A DNA stretch of 64,000 nucleotides from an uncultured Klebsiella sp. GTDB lineage: Bacteria; Verrucomicrobiota; Verrucomicrobiia; Limisphaerales; SXTU01. The notes beneath the pieces were generated by a model, which had not been told where the DNA came from, searched no databases, and saw nothing but the letters and a program-made list of their open reading frames with translations. Positions 36,902-46,748 of this stretch are shown in pieces. The stretch is from the NCBI GenBank assembly GCA_964496695.1, contig CAZCBE010000004.1:32123-96122 (forward strand). The letters run 5' to 3'. Both the position numbers and the translations under genes were made by a program. The first letter of the stretch is position 1. The number at the start of each line of letters is the position of its first letter.

Positions 36902-38578
36902 TTAACCCCGCTTCCGTGCCGCGCGTCCCTTGCCGGAGCGGCGTTCCTTCGAGATGCCGCTGCTGCGCTTGAACTTGGGCCGCACCGGCGGACCGCCGGG
37001 ACGTTGCTTAAACTTCCGCACCGGGTCCACGGTCTTGGGCCGTGCCTTCGCCACGAGGACGATATGGCAGCCTTCGTAGCCGAAGGCCTTGCGCATCTCG
37101 CCGGTGAGATACTTCGTGTATTGCGGGGAGAGCAGTTCGTCCTTGTTGACGAAGAGGAGGAATGTTGGCGGGGCCTGCCGGACCTGCGTGGCGTAGAAGA
37201 ACTTCAGGAAATGCCCCACGGCGCTGATCGGCTGACGGCGCTGGATGGCGTCGTTGAGCGTGCGGTTCAAGATCGAGGTGGGAACCACCTGCTGGAGCTG
37301 CGCGCCCACGTAGCGCACCGCCTCGAGCAACCGGTCGAGCTGAAAGCCGGAGGTGGCGGAGGTGAAGATGACGGGCGCGTAGTCGAGGAAGAAGAGCTTC
37401 TCCTGCACCCAGGAGCCGAACTCCGCGAGCGTCGTCAGCGGGTTGCCGCCCTGGCCTTCGCGGTGGCGTTTGCCCTGCTTCAGCCGGCGGGCGACTTCCT
37501 CCTCGTGGGCCACGCGCACGGTCTTGTCCATCAAGTCCCACTTGTTGATCACCACGATGCACGCGCGGCGCGCCTCGACCACCATGTCGGCAATCTTCTT
37601 GTCCTGCTCCACGATGCCCGTGACCGCATCAATGACCAACACGACAATGTCCGAGCGTTCGACGGCTTCCTCCGTGCGCTGCGCGCTGAAGTATTCCACC
37701 GTGTCATCCACGCGGCGTGCTTTGCGCAGGCCTGCGGTGTCAATCAGCACATACTGCTGCCGCACACCCTCGGTCTCCACCTCGAAGGGCACATCCACGG
37801 AGTCCCGCGTGGTGCCGGGGATGGGGCTGACGATAACGCGCTCCGACTTGGTGAGCGCGTTGATGATCGAGGACTTGCCGACGTTGGGCCGCCCGATGAT
37901 GGCCAGCTTGAGCGGGCCGGTGCGCGGCTTGAAGCGTTGTTTGGCCGGGCTGGCTTCACCGGCGGCTTCCGCCTCGGCATCGGCGGCCACGGCAGCTTCC
38001 ACTTCGGCGGCGGCATCCTCTTCCGACAAGCCGTAAGGGCCGTCGCCCTCCAGCTTGTCCTCGGGCTTGGCTTCCGGCAGGTAACCGGCGGCCTGGTTCA
38101 GCAGTTGCTCGATGCCGCGACCGTGGATGGCCGTGACGGGAAAGAGCTTGTCGAAGCCGAGTTCGGCAAATTCAGTGATCCCGGCCTCCGCCTGGTAATT
38201 GTCCACCTTGTTGACCGCGACGAGGACCGGTTTTCCAGACTTGTGCAGCCGGTCGGCGACTTCCTTGTCCAGCGGGACGACGCCTTCCTGCACGTTGACG
38301 ACGAGGATGATCGCGTGGGCGGATTGAACGGCAATCTCGACCTGGTCGAGCGCGGCCTTGATGATGACATCCTCCACCTTCTCGCCGCGGAGCAGGCCGA
38401 TGCCGCCTGTATCCACAAGCGTGAAGGTGCGCCCGCGCCACTCCGCCTCGGCGGTCACCCGGTCGCGCGTGACGCCCGGCATGTCATGCACGATGGCGAT
38501 GCGCCGACCAGCGATGCGGTTGAAAAGCGCGGATTTCCCGACGTTAGGGCGACCGACAATGGCAATGAGACCGGACAT
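36902..38578 (-). CDS. der: ribosome-biogenesis GTPase Der (EngA), with basic C-terminal tail
   Basis: Two tandem GTPase domains (GRPNVGKSALFN and GRPNVGKSSIINAL P-loops; DTGG/DTAG switch motifs) plus a KH-like C-terminal domain. Followed by a Lys/Arg-rich tail of about 60 aa. Confidence 0.9.
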   Translation of the reverse strand: MSGLIAIVGRPNVGKSALFNRIAGRRIAIVHDMPGVTRDRVTAEAEWRGRTFTLVDTGGIGLLRGEKVEDVIIKAALDQVEIAVQSAHAIILVVNVQEGVVPLDKEVADRLHKSGKPVLVAVNKVDNYQAEAGITEFAELGFDKLFPVTAIHGRGIEQLLNQAAGYLPEAKPEDKLEGDGPYGLSEEDAAAEVEAAVAADAEAEAAGEASPAKQRFKPRTGPLKLAIIGRPNVGKSSIINALTKSERVIVSPIPGTTRDSVDVPFEVETEGVRQQYVLIDTAGLRKARRVDDTVEYFSAQRTEEAVERSDIVVLVIDAVTGIVEQDKKIADMVVEARRACIVVINKWDLMDKTVRVAHEEEVARRLKQGKRHREGQGGNPLTTLAEFGSWVQEKLFFLDYAPVIFTSATSGFQLDRLLEAVRYVGAQLQQVVPTSILNRTLNDAIQRRQPISAVGHFLKFFYATQVRQAPPTFLLFVNKDELLSPQYTKYLTGEMRKAFGYEGCHIVLVAKARPKTVDPVRKFKQRPGGPPVRPKFKRSSGISKERRSGKGRAARKRG

Positions 38579-38738
38579 AGCGGCGCGCAGATTGCCTTGC
38601 TACGCTGATGAAGGCGATACTTTTGAATCGCCGAGGGGCGCGGCATTTATGCCACTTCAGCGGGCGAGGGCGCAGAGCGTAAGATTGCTCAGGAGTGCTC
38701 CACGGCGAAGCGGCATGAATGCCGCGCGCCGGGGAGGG

Positions 38739-40796
38739 TTACTCCGCGATCTGGTCAGGATCAGTTCCTCCCGCTGGGAGCGAAATGCTGACGGTGCCGG
38801 GGGAGGCGAGATGGACGTCCAGCCGGCCCCGATGCAGTTCCACAATCCGCCGGGTCACTGTCAGGCCGAGGCCGAGGCCAACCGTGCGCTTGGAATAGAA
38901 CGGTTCCGTGGCACGGGCCGCGCTCTCGGCGTCGAAGCCGGTCCCGGCATCGCGCACCTCGATCCGCACCCAGCGGGAGCCGTCGGGTCGTGTCTCCGTG
39001 GAGGAGGCGACCTGCACCGGCTGGTCATCGGGCGTGGCTTGCAGGGCGTTGAGCAGGACTTCGGCGAGGGCGTGCTTGAGCCCGGCGCGCTCGGCAATGA
39101 GGGCGATGGCCTGGCCGCCGCTTTCATATTGGAGCCGGGCCGAGGCGCGCGGGTTCTCGGCGTGGGCCTCCTTGAACGCCTCTTGAATGAGCTGCGCCAG
39201 CGGCAGACTCTCGACCCGCCGCAGGCCGTCACGGGAGAGGAACTGCATCTGGCGTGCAAGCCGACTGATACGGCGGACGCTGTCGCCCATGATGCCGGTG
39301 ACTTCCTTGCGGGTGACGAGGTCGTCGGGACTTTCGCTGAGGAGCTGCTGGCTCGTGGAGATGGGCACGAGCGAATTGCCAATTTCGTGCGCTAACTGCT
39401 CGGCCATCCGGCGCACAAGCCGGAGGTTGGCGGCCTCGACTTCCATCTGCTGCGCCCGGTCGGTCTGGGTCACGTCATCCAGCAGGACCAGCACGGCTTC
39501 GGGCGCGGCGGCACCACGGCGGCGGAACGGTTTCAGGACCGCCCGGTAGGCAATGTCCTCTGCGCCGGGGATGCGGCAGCGGCTCGGGGGCGGGGCTGCG
39601 CCGGTTTGCAGGGCTTCAAACACCTTGCTGCCCAGCGCCTGCGGCAGGTCGGCGAAGGTGAACGAGTTGCGTGTGCCGCCCCGTCGGAACAGCGCGCGGG
39701 CCATCTGGTTGGCCTGCAGGATGCCGAGGTCGCGCGCGACGACGATGACCGCGCTGCCGAGCTGGTCCAGCGTGTCGGTCATCATGCCGTGCTGGCTGGT
39801 CAGGGCGTCATGCAGCCAGGTGTTGCGGATGGCCAGGCCGAGTTCCTCCAGCAGGTGGAAGACGAGGGAGAGTTCCTCACTGGCGAACTGCTCGCCGGTC
39901 AGCCGGCCATCGAAGACGGCGATGCCGAGCAGCGCCTCGCGGTCGAAGATGGGGATCGCCACCTGGCCGCCGAGCAGCTCGAACTCGCGGGCAATGTCCG
40001 GATCACTGGCAGCTTCGCCCGCACCGCGCCGGAGTATCCTCGCGTTCCGCTGGAGGTGCGCGCCAATGCCGCCCTTGGAGGAAAGTGCGAAGTGGCTGAA
40101 GAGCTGGGGGGCGATCCCCAGCGCGCAGGCGACGGAAAAAGCGGTGTTGGGCGTCCAGCGTTCAGGATCAGCCCCATGCCCGGGACCGCCGAGCGGCGGG
40201 GCTCCGTAGGGCGACGCAGCGGTGACCGTGGCAGTCGGGGTGCGCAGGAAGATGGCGGCGCGGTTGACCGCGAGGATTTCCCGGAGGAGCTGGAGGAATT
40301 CCCGGAGCAGGGCGTCGGTCTGCAGGCTGTGCGTGAGGATGCCGGAGAAGTCCCGGAACGCGGCCAGCGCGGTGTCGGGCTGGCGGGCCGCTGGCGGTGC
40401 TTCTGCGGTGGTCGGGGGAGCGGCCGGCGCGGGCAGGCGCTTCTGCCAGCTTCGGGCGATGAGGGTCGTCAGGAGCCGGGCGCGGACGGGCTTGGTCAGG
40501 ATGTAGTCCACGCCGAGCAGATAGGCTTCCTCCTCCCATTCCCATTGCCGGGCGGAGGCGTAGAGGATGACCGGGCAGCCGGGGAGGGCGTGACGCAGGT
40601 GCTCGATGACCCGGATGGGGCGAACATCGTTCAGTTCCGTGTCGAGGAGCACGGCGTCCACCGTGCCTTGACGGAAGAGCGGCTCGGCGGACCAGACATC
40701 GGCGTGATGCAGCACGCGAAATTCCTCCACGTCCAGCACGGCGCGCACGGCCTCGGCGAGGGACGGCTGCTGGGCGATGACGAGGAGGGTTTTCAC
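38739..40796 (-). CDS. hybrid signalling protein: N-terminal receiver (REC) + GAF-like + HisKA + HATPase
   Basis: GTG start overlapping the upstream HK stop (GTGA). REC-like N-terminus (MKTLLVIAQQ...AVLLDTEL). H-box HEIGNSLVPISTSQQLL. HATPase region (RIEVRDAGTGFD, GLGLGLTVTRRIVELHRG). Confidence 0.8.
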   Translation of the reverse strand: MKTLLVIAQQPSLAEAVRAVLDVEEFRVLHHADVWSAEPLFRQGTVDAVLLDTELNDVRPIRVIEHLRHALPGCPVILYASARQWEWEEEAYLLGVDYILTKPVRARLLTTLIARSWQKRLPAPAAPPTTAEAPPAARQPDTALAAFRDFSGILTHSLQTDALLREFLQLLREILAVNRAAIFLRTPTATVTAASPYGAPPLGGPGHGADPERWTPNTAFSVACALGIAPQLFSHFALSSKGGIGAHLQRNARILRRGAGEAASDPDIAREFELLGGQVAIPIFDREALLGIAVFDGRLTGEQFASEELSLVFHLLEELGLAIRNTWLHDALTSQHGMMTDTLDQLGSAVIVVARDLGILQANQMARALFRRGGTRNSFTFADLPQALGSKVFEALQTGAAPPPSRCRIPGAEDIAYRAVLKPFRRRGAAAPEAVLVLLDDVTQTDRAQQMEVEAANLRLVRRMAEQLAHEIGNSLVPISTSQQLLSESPDDLVTRKEVTGIMGDSVRRISRLARQMQFLSRDGLRRVESLPLAQLIQEAFKEAHAENPRASARLQYESGGQAIALIAERAGLKHALAEVLLNALQATPDDQPVQVASSTETRPDGSRWVRIEVRDAGTGFDAESAARATEPFYSKRTVGLGLGLTVTRRIVELHRGRLDVHLASPGTVSISLPAGGTDPDQIAE

Positions 40797-42976
40797 GCCT
40801 CCTCCTCCAACGGGATGGCCGGTGGCGGGACGGGCTTCACAAAGCGCACGGGCAGGTCCACGGTGACGGTGGTGCCTTTCTTTTCCTCGCTGGCGATGTT
40901 GAGGTTGCCGCCATGCTGGTGGACAATCTTCCGGCAGATGGCCAGGCCCAGGCCGAAGCCCCGGTTCTCGTCCCCGGAATCCTTGGTGGTGAAATACGCC
41001 GAGGTCAGCCGCTGAAGGTTTTCACGGCTGATGCCTTCGCCGTGGTCAATGACGCTCACGCGCACCCACTCGCGTTCCGCCTCGGTCGTGGAGAGCCGCT
41101 GCAGCTCGAACCGCACCGTCGCGCCGGGCGGCGAGGCGTCAATGGCATTGGAGAGGATGTTGCCGAGGCAGCGTTGCATGAGCACCGAGTCCATCTCTAC
41201 TTCCGTGGGCGGAAACTCTGGCAGTTCGACCCGGATCTGGCGGCGTTTGAGCTTGGTGGCGGCGAGTTCCACCACCTTGTGGAGGAGCCGGTCGAGCGGT
41301 GCAAGCGCGATCTGCACGGTGTGGTTCTGCGAGAAGAACAGCGCGTCCTTCACATAGGCCTGGATCGTGCCGACATTGCGCAGGCAGATGGGGACCAGTT
41401 CGTCATTCTCGCCCGGCGCCGAGCCGTTCGCGTTCTCCTTGGTCATCTGGAGGAACGTGGAGACCGGGGTGAGCAGGTTGTTCAGGTCATGCGCCATGCC
41501 GCGCGACATGCGGCCGAGCAGCTCGAGTTCCTCCGCGAGCAGGACCTGTTTCTTGAGGCGGATCTGGTTGAGGATGAGGCTGAGATTTTTGACCAGGCGG
41601 GTGAGCAACTGGAGGTCGTTGGGCGTGAAGGGGGTGCCGCTGGACTTCTCGCCGATGAGCAGCAGGCCGAAGGGCTCGTCACCGCTGAAGAACGGGAAGC
41701 AGAATTCCGGTTCGAACCGCTTCAGAAGCTGCCGGGCCTCGCGCTCCATCTCGGTCTCGCCGGGCATGATGTAGGCCAGGTTGAAGGCGAGGTAGCTGGC
41801 CGTGGTGTGCTGGAAGAGCTGGAAGATGGGCGAGTTGGCGCGCAGTTCCGGGAGCTGGTCCAGCGGTGCCTTGGGGTGGGTGCGGAACAGCGTGAAGACA
41901 TGCGTGGACTCGTCCAGCAGGATGATCTGGTAGCTGCGCACCCGGATGGTTTTTACGAAGAGCGCGTCGAGGTCGTTCAGGAGCAGGTCGGCGTTGTTGT
42001 AGAACTGCACCTCCTGCAGAAAGGACCGGACCTTGTCGTGATACTCGAAGCGGTCTCCGTAGCGGTCGCTCAGCATGCGGCTCTCCAGGGAGTCCTCGCC
42101 CTTGCCGAACAGACGGGGGAAGAAGATGGAGGCGACGAGCGCGCTCATGAGCAGCACGCCCAGCGAGCCGAAGAAGGCAAACGTGGTGAACTCGCCGGGG
42201 CGAAATACATTCAGCAGCAGCAGCAGCAGCAGCCCGACGAGGAACAGGAAGAGCAGGCGCACCGCGTGCGCGGCGGCCTTGCCGAGGGTGACGTGGATAT
42301 CCAGCAGATGGTGTTGCAGCACGCTGTAGCCGACGATGATGCCGTAGAAGATCGCCGCCGCGCTGCCGAACGGAAAGATGGCAACCTTGGTAAATGGATA
42401 GGTATCGAAGCCAAGAATGGGGAGGATGTCATTCCAACCGAAGCCAATGAGGATGCCATTGGCCCAGAGCAAGGCCTTTACCCGGGCGCGGTGCAGCCGC
42501 TGCAGCGTCTGCAGCTTGCGGTAAAGCATGAGGACTGTCGCCGTGGTCACGACGACGTAGCTCACCAGGAACGCCCAGAAGCCCGGCCCGGCGACCGAGT
42601 AATAGGCGTAGCCCAGGAAGCGCACGCCGGAGGTGAAGTAGCCAAAGATGTTGGTGAGGGCGAGCAGCAGGAACCAGACGTAAAGCACGGGCAGCCAGCG
42701 GGGCAGCTTCACCTGGGCAATCAGGACGCTGAGATGAAACAGGCTGATGGGGAGAAAAATCACGCCGTAGTGCAGAAACTGCGACCAGAACAGCGCGGTG
42801 GTCTCCCGGTCCACGCTGAACATGAAGAACGTGCCGAGATTCCAGACCGTGATGGACAGGCCCCAGAGAAGGTAAACCCGGTTCAGCGTTGAACGCAGGT
42901 CCCGCGTCAGGACGAACAACGTCAGCGCCAGGTTCGTGACGGCGGCGGTCAGCGGGATGAGTTCGTAGAACTTCAT
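40793..42976 (-). CDS. membrane sensor histidine kinase with multi-pass (7TM-type) N-terminal sensor
   Basis: ATG at 42976 (MKFYELIPLTAAVTNLALTLFVLT...). Several predicted TM helices over the first ~300 aa. Then a GAF/PAS-like region, H-box MAHDLNNLLTPVSTFLQM and HATPase (VIDHGEGISRENLQRL..., GFGLGLAICRKIVHQHGG). Confidence 0.8.
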   Translation of the reverse strand: MKFYELIPLTAAVTNLALTLFVLTRDLRSTLNRVYLLWGLSITVWNLGTFFMFSVDRETTALFWSQFLHYGVIFLPISLFHLSVLIAQVKLPRWLPVLYVWFLLLALTNIFGYFTSGVRFLGYAYYSVAGPGFWAFLVSYVVVTTATVLMLYRKLQTLQRLHRARVKALLWANGILIGFGWNDILPILGFDTYPFTKVAIFPFGSAAAIFYGIIVGYSVLQHHLLDIHVTLGKAAAHAVRLLFLFLVGLLLLLLLNVFRPGEFTTFAFFGSLGVLLMSALVASIFFPRLFGKGEDSLESRMLSDRYGDRFEYHDKVRSFLQEVQFYNNADLLLNDLDALFVKTIRVRSYQIILLDESTHVFTLFRTHPKAPLDQLPELRANSPIFQLFQHTTASYLAFNLAYIMPGETEMEREARQLLKRFEPEFCFPFFSGDEPFGLLLIGEKSSGTPFTPNDLQLLTRLVKNLSLILNQIRLKKQVLLAEELELLGRMSRGMAHDLNNLLTPVSTFLQMTKENANGSAPGENDELVPICLRNVGTIQAYVKDALFFSQNHTVQIALAPLDRLLHKVVELAATKLKRRQIRVELPEFPPTEVEMDSVLMQRCLGNILSNAIDASPPGATVRFELQRLSTTEAEREWVRVSVIDHGEGISRENLQRLTSAYFTTKDSGDENRGFGLGLAICRKIVHQHGGNLNIASEEKKGTTVTVDLPVRFVKPVPPPAIPLEEEA

Positions 42977-43029
42977 GCGGCGGGCCGTGCGCTTTGCTTG
43001 AGCCCCACTGTTGGCCAATAGCTTCCAAC

Positions 43030-43154
43030 TCCCGCTCCCCTTGGGGAGCAAGGGGAGCGGGCCGGGGTGAGGGGTTGTGTGCGTCGGCGTTGGCGGCCGC
43101 ACCCCTCATCCGGCCTCCGGCCACCTTCTCCCCTCGCTCCGCGAAGGGAGAAGG
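43030..43154. other. two strong GC-rich stem-loops between fabF and the HK operon (terminator-like, no U tract)
   Basis: cccgctccccttg-gggag-caaggggagcggg (43030-43060, 13-bp stem) and ccttctccc-N13-gggagaagg (43124-43154). Confidence 0.4.
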
Positions 43155-43187
43155 CGCGTGCCGTGGCGTTCTGGTCTTTCAAGGACT

Positions 43188-44447
43188 TCATGCGCGCGGA
43201 TACTCCTTGAACACCAGGCACGAGTTCTTGCCGCCGAAGCCGACGTTCAGATTCATTGCGGCGCGGATCGGATAGGGCCGGGGGCGGATGGGCACGTAGT
43301 CTAGATCGCAGCCGGGCGCGGGCGCGGAGTGGTTCGCCGTGGGCGGGATCTCGCGATGGTGAATCGCCAACGTGGTGATGACCGACTCCACCGCTCCGGC
43401 CGCGCCGAGCAGGTGGCCGGTCACCGGCTTGGTGCCGCCGACGGCGACGCGGTGTGCGTGCTCACGGAAGAGCTTCTTGATGGCCTTGGTTTCCACCACG
43501 TCGTTGGCCTCGGTGGCGGTCGCGTGCGCGTTGATGTAATCAATCTGCGTCACGTCCATGCGGGCGCGGCGCAGGGCCTTTTCCATCGCACGGTGCATCC
43601 CCAGGCCCTCCGGGTGCGGTGCGACCGAGTGGTAGGCTTCGCAATTGCGCCCGTGGCCGGCGAGTTCCGCGTAGATCTTTGCCCCACGGCCCAGGGCATG
43701 CGCGAGTTCCTCCAAGACGAGGAAGGCCGCGCCTTCGCCGAGGAGGAAGCCGTCGCGTGACTCGTCGAACGGACGCATGGCGGTCTTGGGCTCGTCATTG
43801 CGCGCGGTCATCACCTTCGTCAGGCAGAACGCGCCCCACAGCGGTGCGAGGATGGGGGACTCCGCCCCCCCGGCGACAAAGACATCCGCCTCATCGTGCT
43901 GAATCAGATCAAAGGCATGGCCCACGGCGTCGTTGCCGGAGGCGCTGCCGGTGCTGATCGAAATCGCATGGCCCTTGATGCCGAGTTCCAATGCGATTTC
44001 GCCGCTGCCACCGCCGGAGTAGGCGTTGATGAGCGTGAAGGGGCTCATGTGCTTGAACCCGCGCGCCTCAAACGTGCTCTGGCCCTTGAAGGAACTTTCC
44101 ATGCCGCTGACGGTCGTGCCCTCGATGATGCCGGCGCGATCAGGATCGAGCTTGGTGAAATCCACGCCCGCGTCCGCCGCCGCCATGCGGGCGGCGGCGA
44201 TGCCGTAGCGGATGGAAATCTCGAACCGCCGGGCCTTCTTGTGATCCATGTAGCGGCTCGGATCAAAGTCGCGCACCTCGCACGCGATCTTGTTCGGCAG
44301 TTCGCTGACATCGAAGCGCGTGACCGGGCCGGCGGCACTCTGCCCGGTGCGGACGCTGTTCCAGAACGTGCCGAGGTCATTGCCGTTTGGCGCGATGACG
44401 CCGAGGCCGGTGATGACAACGCGACGGGTTGGAGTGTCAAAACCCAT
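43188..44447 (-). CDS. fabF: beta-ketoacyl-[acyl-carrier-protein] synthase II
   Basis: ATG at 44447 (MGFDTPTRRVVITGLGVIAPNGN...). Active-site Cys context (ISTGSASGNDAVGHAFDLIQ), catalytic His motifs (YINAHATAT, GHLLGAAG) and a C-terminal NVGFGGKN. Confidence 0.9.
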   Translation of the reverse strand: MGFDTPTRRVVITGLGVIAPNGNDLGTFWNSVRTGQSAAGPVTRFDVSELPNKIACEVRDFDPSRYMDHKKARRFEISIRYGIAAARMAAADAGVDFTKLDPDRAGIIEGTTVSGMESSFKGQSTFEARGFKHMSPFTLINAYSGGGSGEIALELGIKGHAISISTGSASGNDAVGHAFDLIQHDEADVFVAGGAESPILAPLWGAFCLTKVMTARNDEPKTAMRPFDESRDGFLLGEGAAFLVLEELAHALGRGAKIYAELAGHGRNCEAYHSVAPHPEGLGMHRAMEKALRRARMDVTQIDYINAHATATEANDVVETKAIKKLFREHAHRVAVGGTKPVTGHLLGAAGAVESVITTLAIHHREIPPTANHSAPAPGCDLDYVPIRPRPYPIRAAMNLNVGFGGKNSCLVFKEYPRA

Positions 44448-44460
44448 GTCAGGGGCGGTA

Positions 44461-44650
44461 TTTGAACGGCCAATGACCAACGGCCAATGACCAACGAATG
44501 ACCAAGTCCGAATGGCCAATGGCGCGCCGGTTGTTGCAGATGGCACGGAGGGCCGCGCTCCGAGGCCGGGTCAAGCTACGCCCTGCGGCACGGACATTGG
44601 GCATTGGGCATTGATTGGTCATTGGGTCATTGGGTCATCGGTCATTCCCG
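44461..44650. repeat. two opposed arrays of 7-11-bp TGACCAA / TTGGTCA motifs flanking a 70-bp GC-rich core, immediately upstream of fabF
   Basis: Left array 44468-44522: ggccaatgaccaacggccaatgaccaacgaatgaccaagtccgaatggccaatgg. Right array 44594-44647: acattgggcattgggcattgattggtcattgggtcattgggtcatcggtcattcc. The right array also encodes the last residues (MTDDPMTQ) of the upstream methyltransferase gene. Confidence 0.7.
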
Positions 44651-45206
44651 TCCGCCCTTTCCACGGGATCACTGCGGGCGTGCTCCGTTGATACGCACGA
44701 TAGGCGTCACCAAACTTCTCGACCAACGCCGTCTCCTCCAGGCGCACGCGCTCGACCAACGCGGGCACGAAGAGCAGCATCACCACGGCGAACGTGAAGG
44801 GGGCCTGCAGAATGAACGCGGCGGAGAGCAGTTCCAAAATCATCGAGAAATAGGTCGGATGCCGCATCCAGCGAAACGGCCCGGCCTGCACGAACTGGTG
44901 GCTCTCTCGAATTTCGACGTGCAGGCTCCAGAACTTGCCGAGCGCCGCGATGGCACGGCGGCGGATGACGAAGGAGCCCAGACCGCACGCCCAGCCGAGC
45001 ACGAAGGTCACGGTGTTCCACTCCGGTTTCCGCCAGAAAAACTCCCCCATGGCCCCCACCAGCATCAGCGTCCCCGTCGCCACAAACCACGTCAGCGTGC
45101 GTGTCTCCCGCACCTGACCGGGGATGGTGTCTCGCTTGGCCCGCAGTTCCACCATCCGGGCAAGGTAAATGCCCAGCACCGAAAGGACTGCCAGCCAGGT
45201 TGCCAT
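44619..45206 (-). CDS. isoprenylcysteine carboxyl methyltransferase (ICMT/PEMT)-family membrane methyltransferase
   Basis: Multi-pass membrane protein with the family signature FVQAGPFRWMRHPTYFSMILELLS...RLEETALVEKFGDAYRAY. Confidence 0.75.
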   Translation of the reverse strand: MATWLAVLSVLGIYLARMVELRAKRDTIPGQVRETRTLTWFVATGTLMLVGAMGEFFWRKPEWNTVTFVLGWACGLGSFVIRRRAIAALGKFWSLHVEIRESHQFVQAGPFRWMRHPTYFSMILELLSAAFILQAPFTFAVVMLLFVPALVERVRLEETALVEKFGDAYRAYQRSTPAVIPWKGRTGMTDDPMTQ

Positions 45207-45333
45207 TAAAGCGCGCGCTCGCGCGTTCTACCCCAATTAGTCGTAGGGCCGCAACTGGTTTGGCACACTATTTGGTGGTGCCTGTGGAGGCGAGACCACT
45301 GGCGACGCGTAAGAGAGACTTGAGGTTTGCTAG

Positions 45334-46662
45334 TTGTTGCCGCGTGAACCACTGTTGGGTCACTTGAATCAAACCAAGAGTGATCAGTTCTGTGCTCTCA
45401 GCGACCACCTGGCGAAGCGTAGAAAAGCAATTTTGGAGGCCTGGAGAAAGGCGGCCTATGCCGATCCAGAGCAAACCACATCCGACTCGCTCACGCGCGG
45501 ACAGTTTAACGATCATATTCCTGAAGTGCTCGACGCGTTTGAGCGGAAACTCCGCTCGCGCCCGGGCAGTGCGAATGCCCAGGCCGCTGACGTCGAGCGG
45601 AAACAGGAGGAGGTCAAGCATGGTCTGCACCGCTGGCAGCAGGGCTACCGCTTGCAGGAGTTGATGCGGGAATGGGGCTGCCTCCAGCTCTGCCTGTTCG
45701 ATGAACTGCATGCCTTCGCCGCGACCCATCCTGGGTTTGAACGGGAGACGCTGATCGAGGCGAACCGCCAGTTGATAACCTTGGTCAACGTCGCGATCAG
45801 CGGCAGCACGGCGCAATACCAGCGCCTCCAGCAGGCAGAGGCGGCCGGGCATGTGGACGATCTCCGGGTGGCGCTCGCCAGCGTCAATGCGATCGAGCAG
45901 CGCCGGGCCACCCTCATCCACCAAGCCGTCCACGATCTTAGCAGCAATGTTTGTGGCGTCAGCGTGGCGGCCACCCTGCTGGGCAGAACAGAGGTGCCGG
46001 AAGCCGCGCGTGTGGAATTCGTGACTCTGCTCCAGCAGGGCGTTCAAGAGGTCACGGGCATGCTCGGCGAGTTGATGGAACTGGCGCGCCTTGAGGCCGG
46101 CCAGGAGCGCCGGGAGATCACCACCTTCGCGGTCGCGGCATTGGTCACCGAACTGGGCAACGTCAACCGGCCGTTTGCCCGTGAGCGCGGCCTTTTTCTG
46201 AACACCAGCGGCCCGCCCCGGCTTACCGTTGAGGGCGATCCGGGCAAGATTCGGCGCTTGTTGCAGAACCTGTTGCTGAACGCGCTCAAATATACCCATC
46301 GGGGTGGTGTCACCATGAGCTGGGGCAAGGAGAAGGACAATTGGTGGCTGATGGTCCAGGACACCGGACCGGGCCTCCTCGCCGGAGCCGGAGCGCAGAT
46401 GGTTGCGGGCCTGAAAGAAGCCACCGCCAGCGCGCGAGAGTCCGACGAGAAGACGGCCGCCACCGAGGGCGAGGTGTCGCATGTGCTGACGCCCGCCCCT
46501 GGCGCCTCCAATGACGCCAGGGCTAGCTATCAACCAGTCGGCGAAGGGATCGGCCTTTCGATTGTGAAACGGCTGTGCGAATTGCTGGATGCAAGCTTGG
46601 AGGTGGCGAGTTCGGCGGAAACGGGCACGACGTTTCGAGTCGTGTTGCCGTGCCGCTACTAG
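45334..46662 (+). CDS. cytoplasmic sensor histidine kinase (HisKA + HATPase), non-ATG start
   Basis: H-box HDLSSNVCGVSVAATLL. HATPase blocks (LLQNLLLNALKYTHRGGVTMSWGKEKDNWWLMVQDTGPGL, GEGIGLSIVKRLCELLDASLEV). The first in-frame codons are TTG and there is no ATG for ~120 codons, so the start is uncertain. Confidence 0.7.
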   Translation: MLPREPLLGHLNQTKSDQFCALSDHLAKRRKAILEAWRKAAYADPEQTTSDSLTRGQFNDHIPEVLDAFERKLRSRPGSANAQAADVERKQEEVKHGLHRWQQGYRLQELMREWGCLQLCLFDELHAFAATHPGFERETLIEANRQLITLVNVAISGSTAQYQRLQQAEAAGHVDDLRVALASVNAIEQRRATLIHQAVHDLSSNVCGVSVAATLLGRTEVPEAARVEFVTLLQQGVQEVTGMLGELMELARLEAGQERREITTFAVAALVTELGNVNRPFARERGLFLNTSGPPRLTVEGDPGKIRRLLQNLLLNALKYTHRGGVTMSWGKEKDNWWLMVQDTGPGLLAGAGAQMVAGLKEATASARESDEKTAATEGEVSHVLTPAPGASNDARASYQPVGEGIGLSIVKRLCELLDASLEVASSAETGTTFRVVLPCRY

Positions 46663-46748
46663 CCTTGCCACCCGCGTCCGGCGGTGTGCGTCGGCAGCGC
46701 TTCCCGGAGCCCGCTGAATAGTCCTCCCGGCCTGCCAGTCCGCTTTGC

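Noticed and set aside
36821-38608. 595-aa plus-strand ORF opposite der
   Set aside because: Antisense to a gene with two canonical G-domain P-loops.
44461-44650. Possible CRISPR array (short direct repeats)
   Set aside because: Units are only 7-11 bp, irregularly spaced with no unique spacers of 25-40 bp, and arranged as opposed inverted arrays. This is not CRISPR architecture. No cas genes are present.
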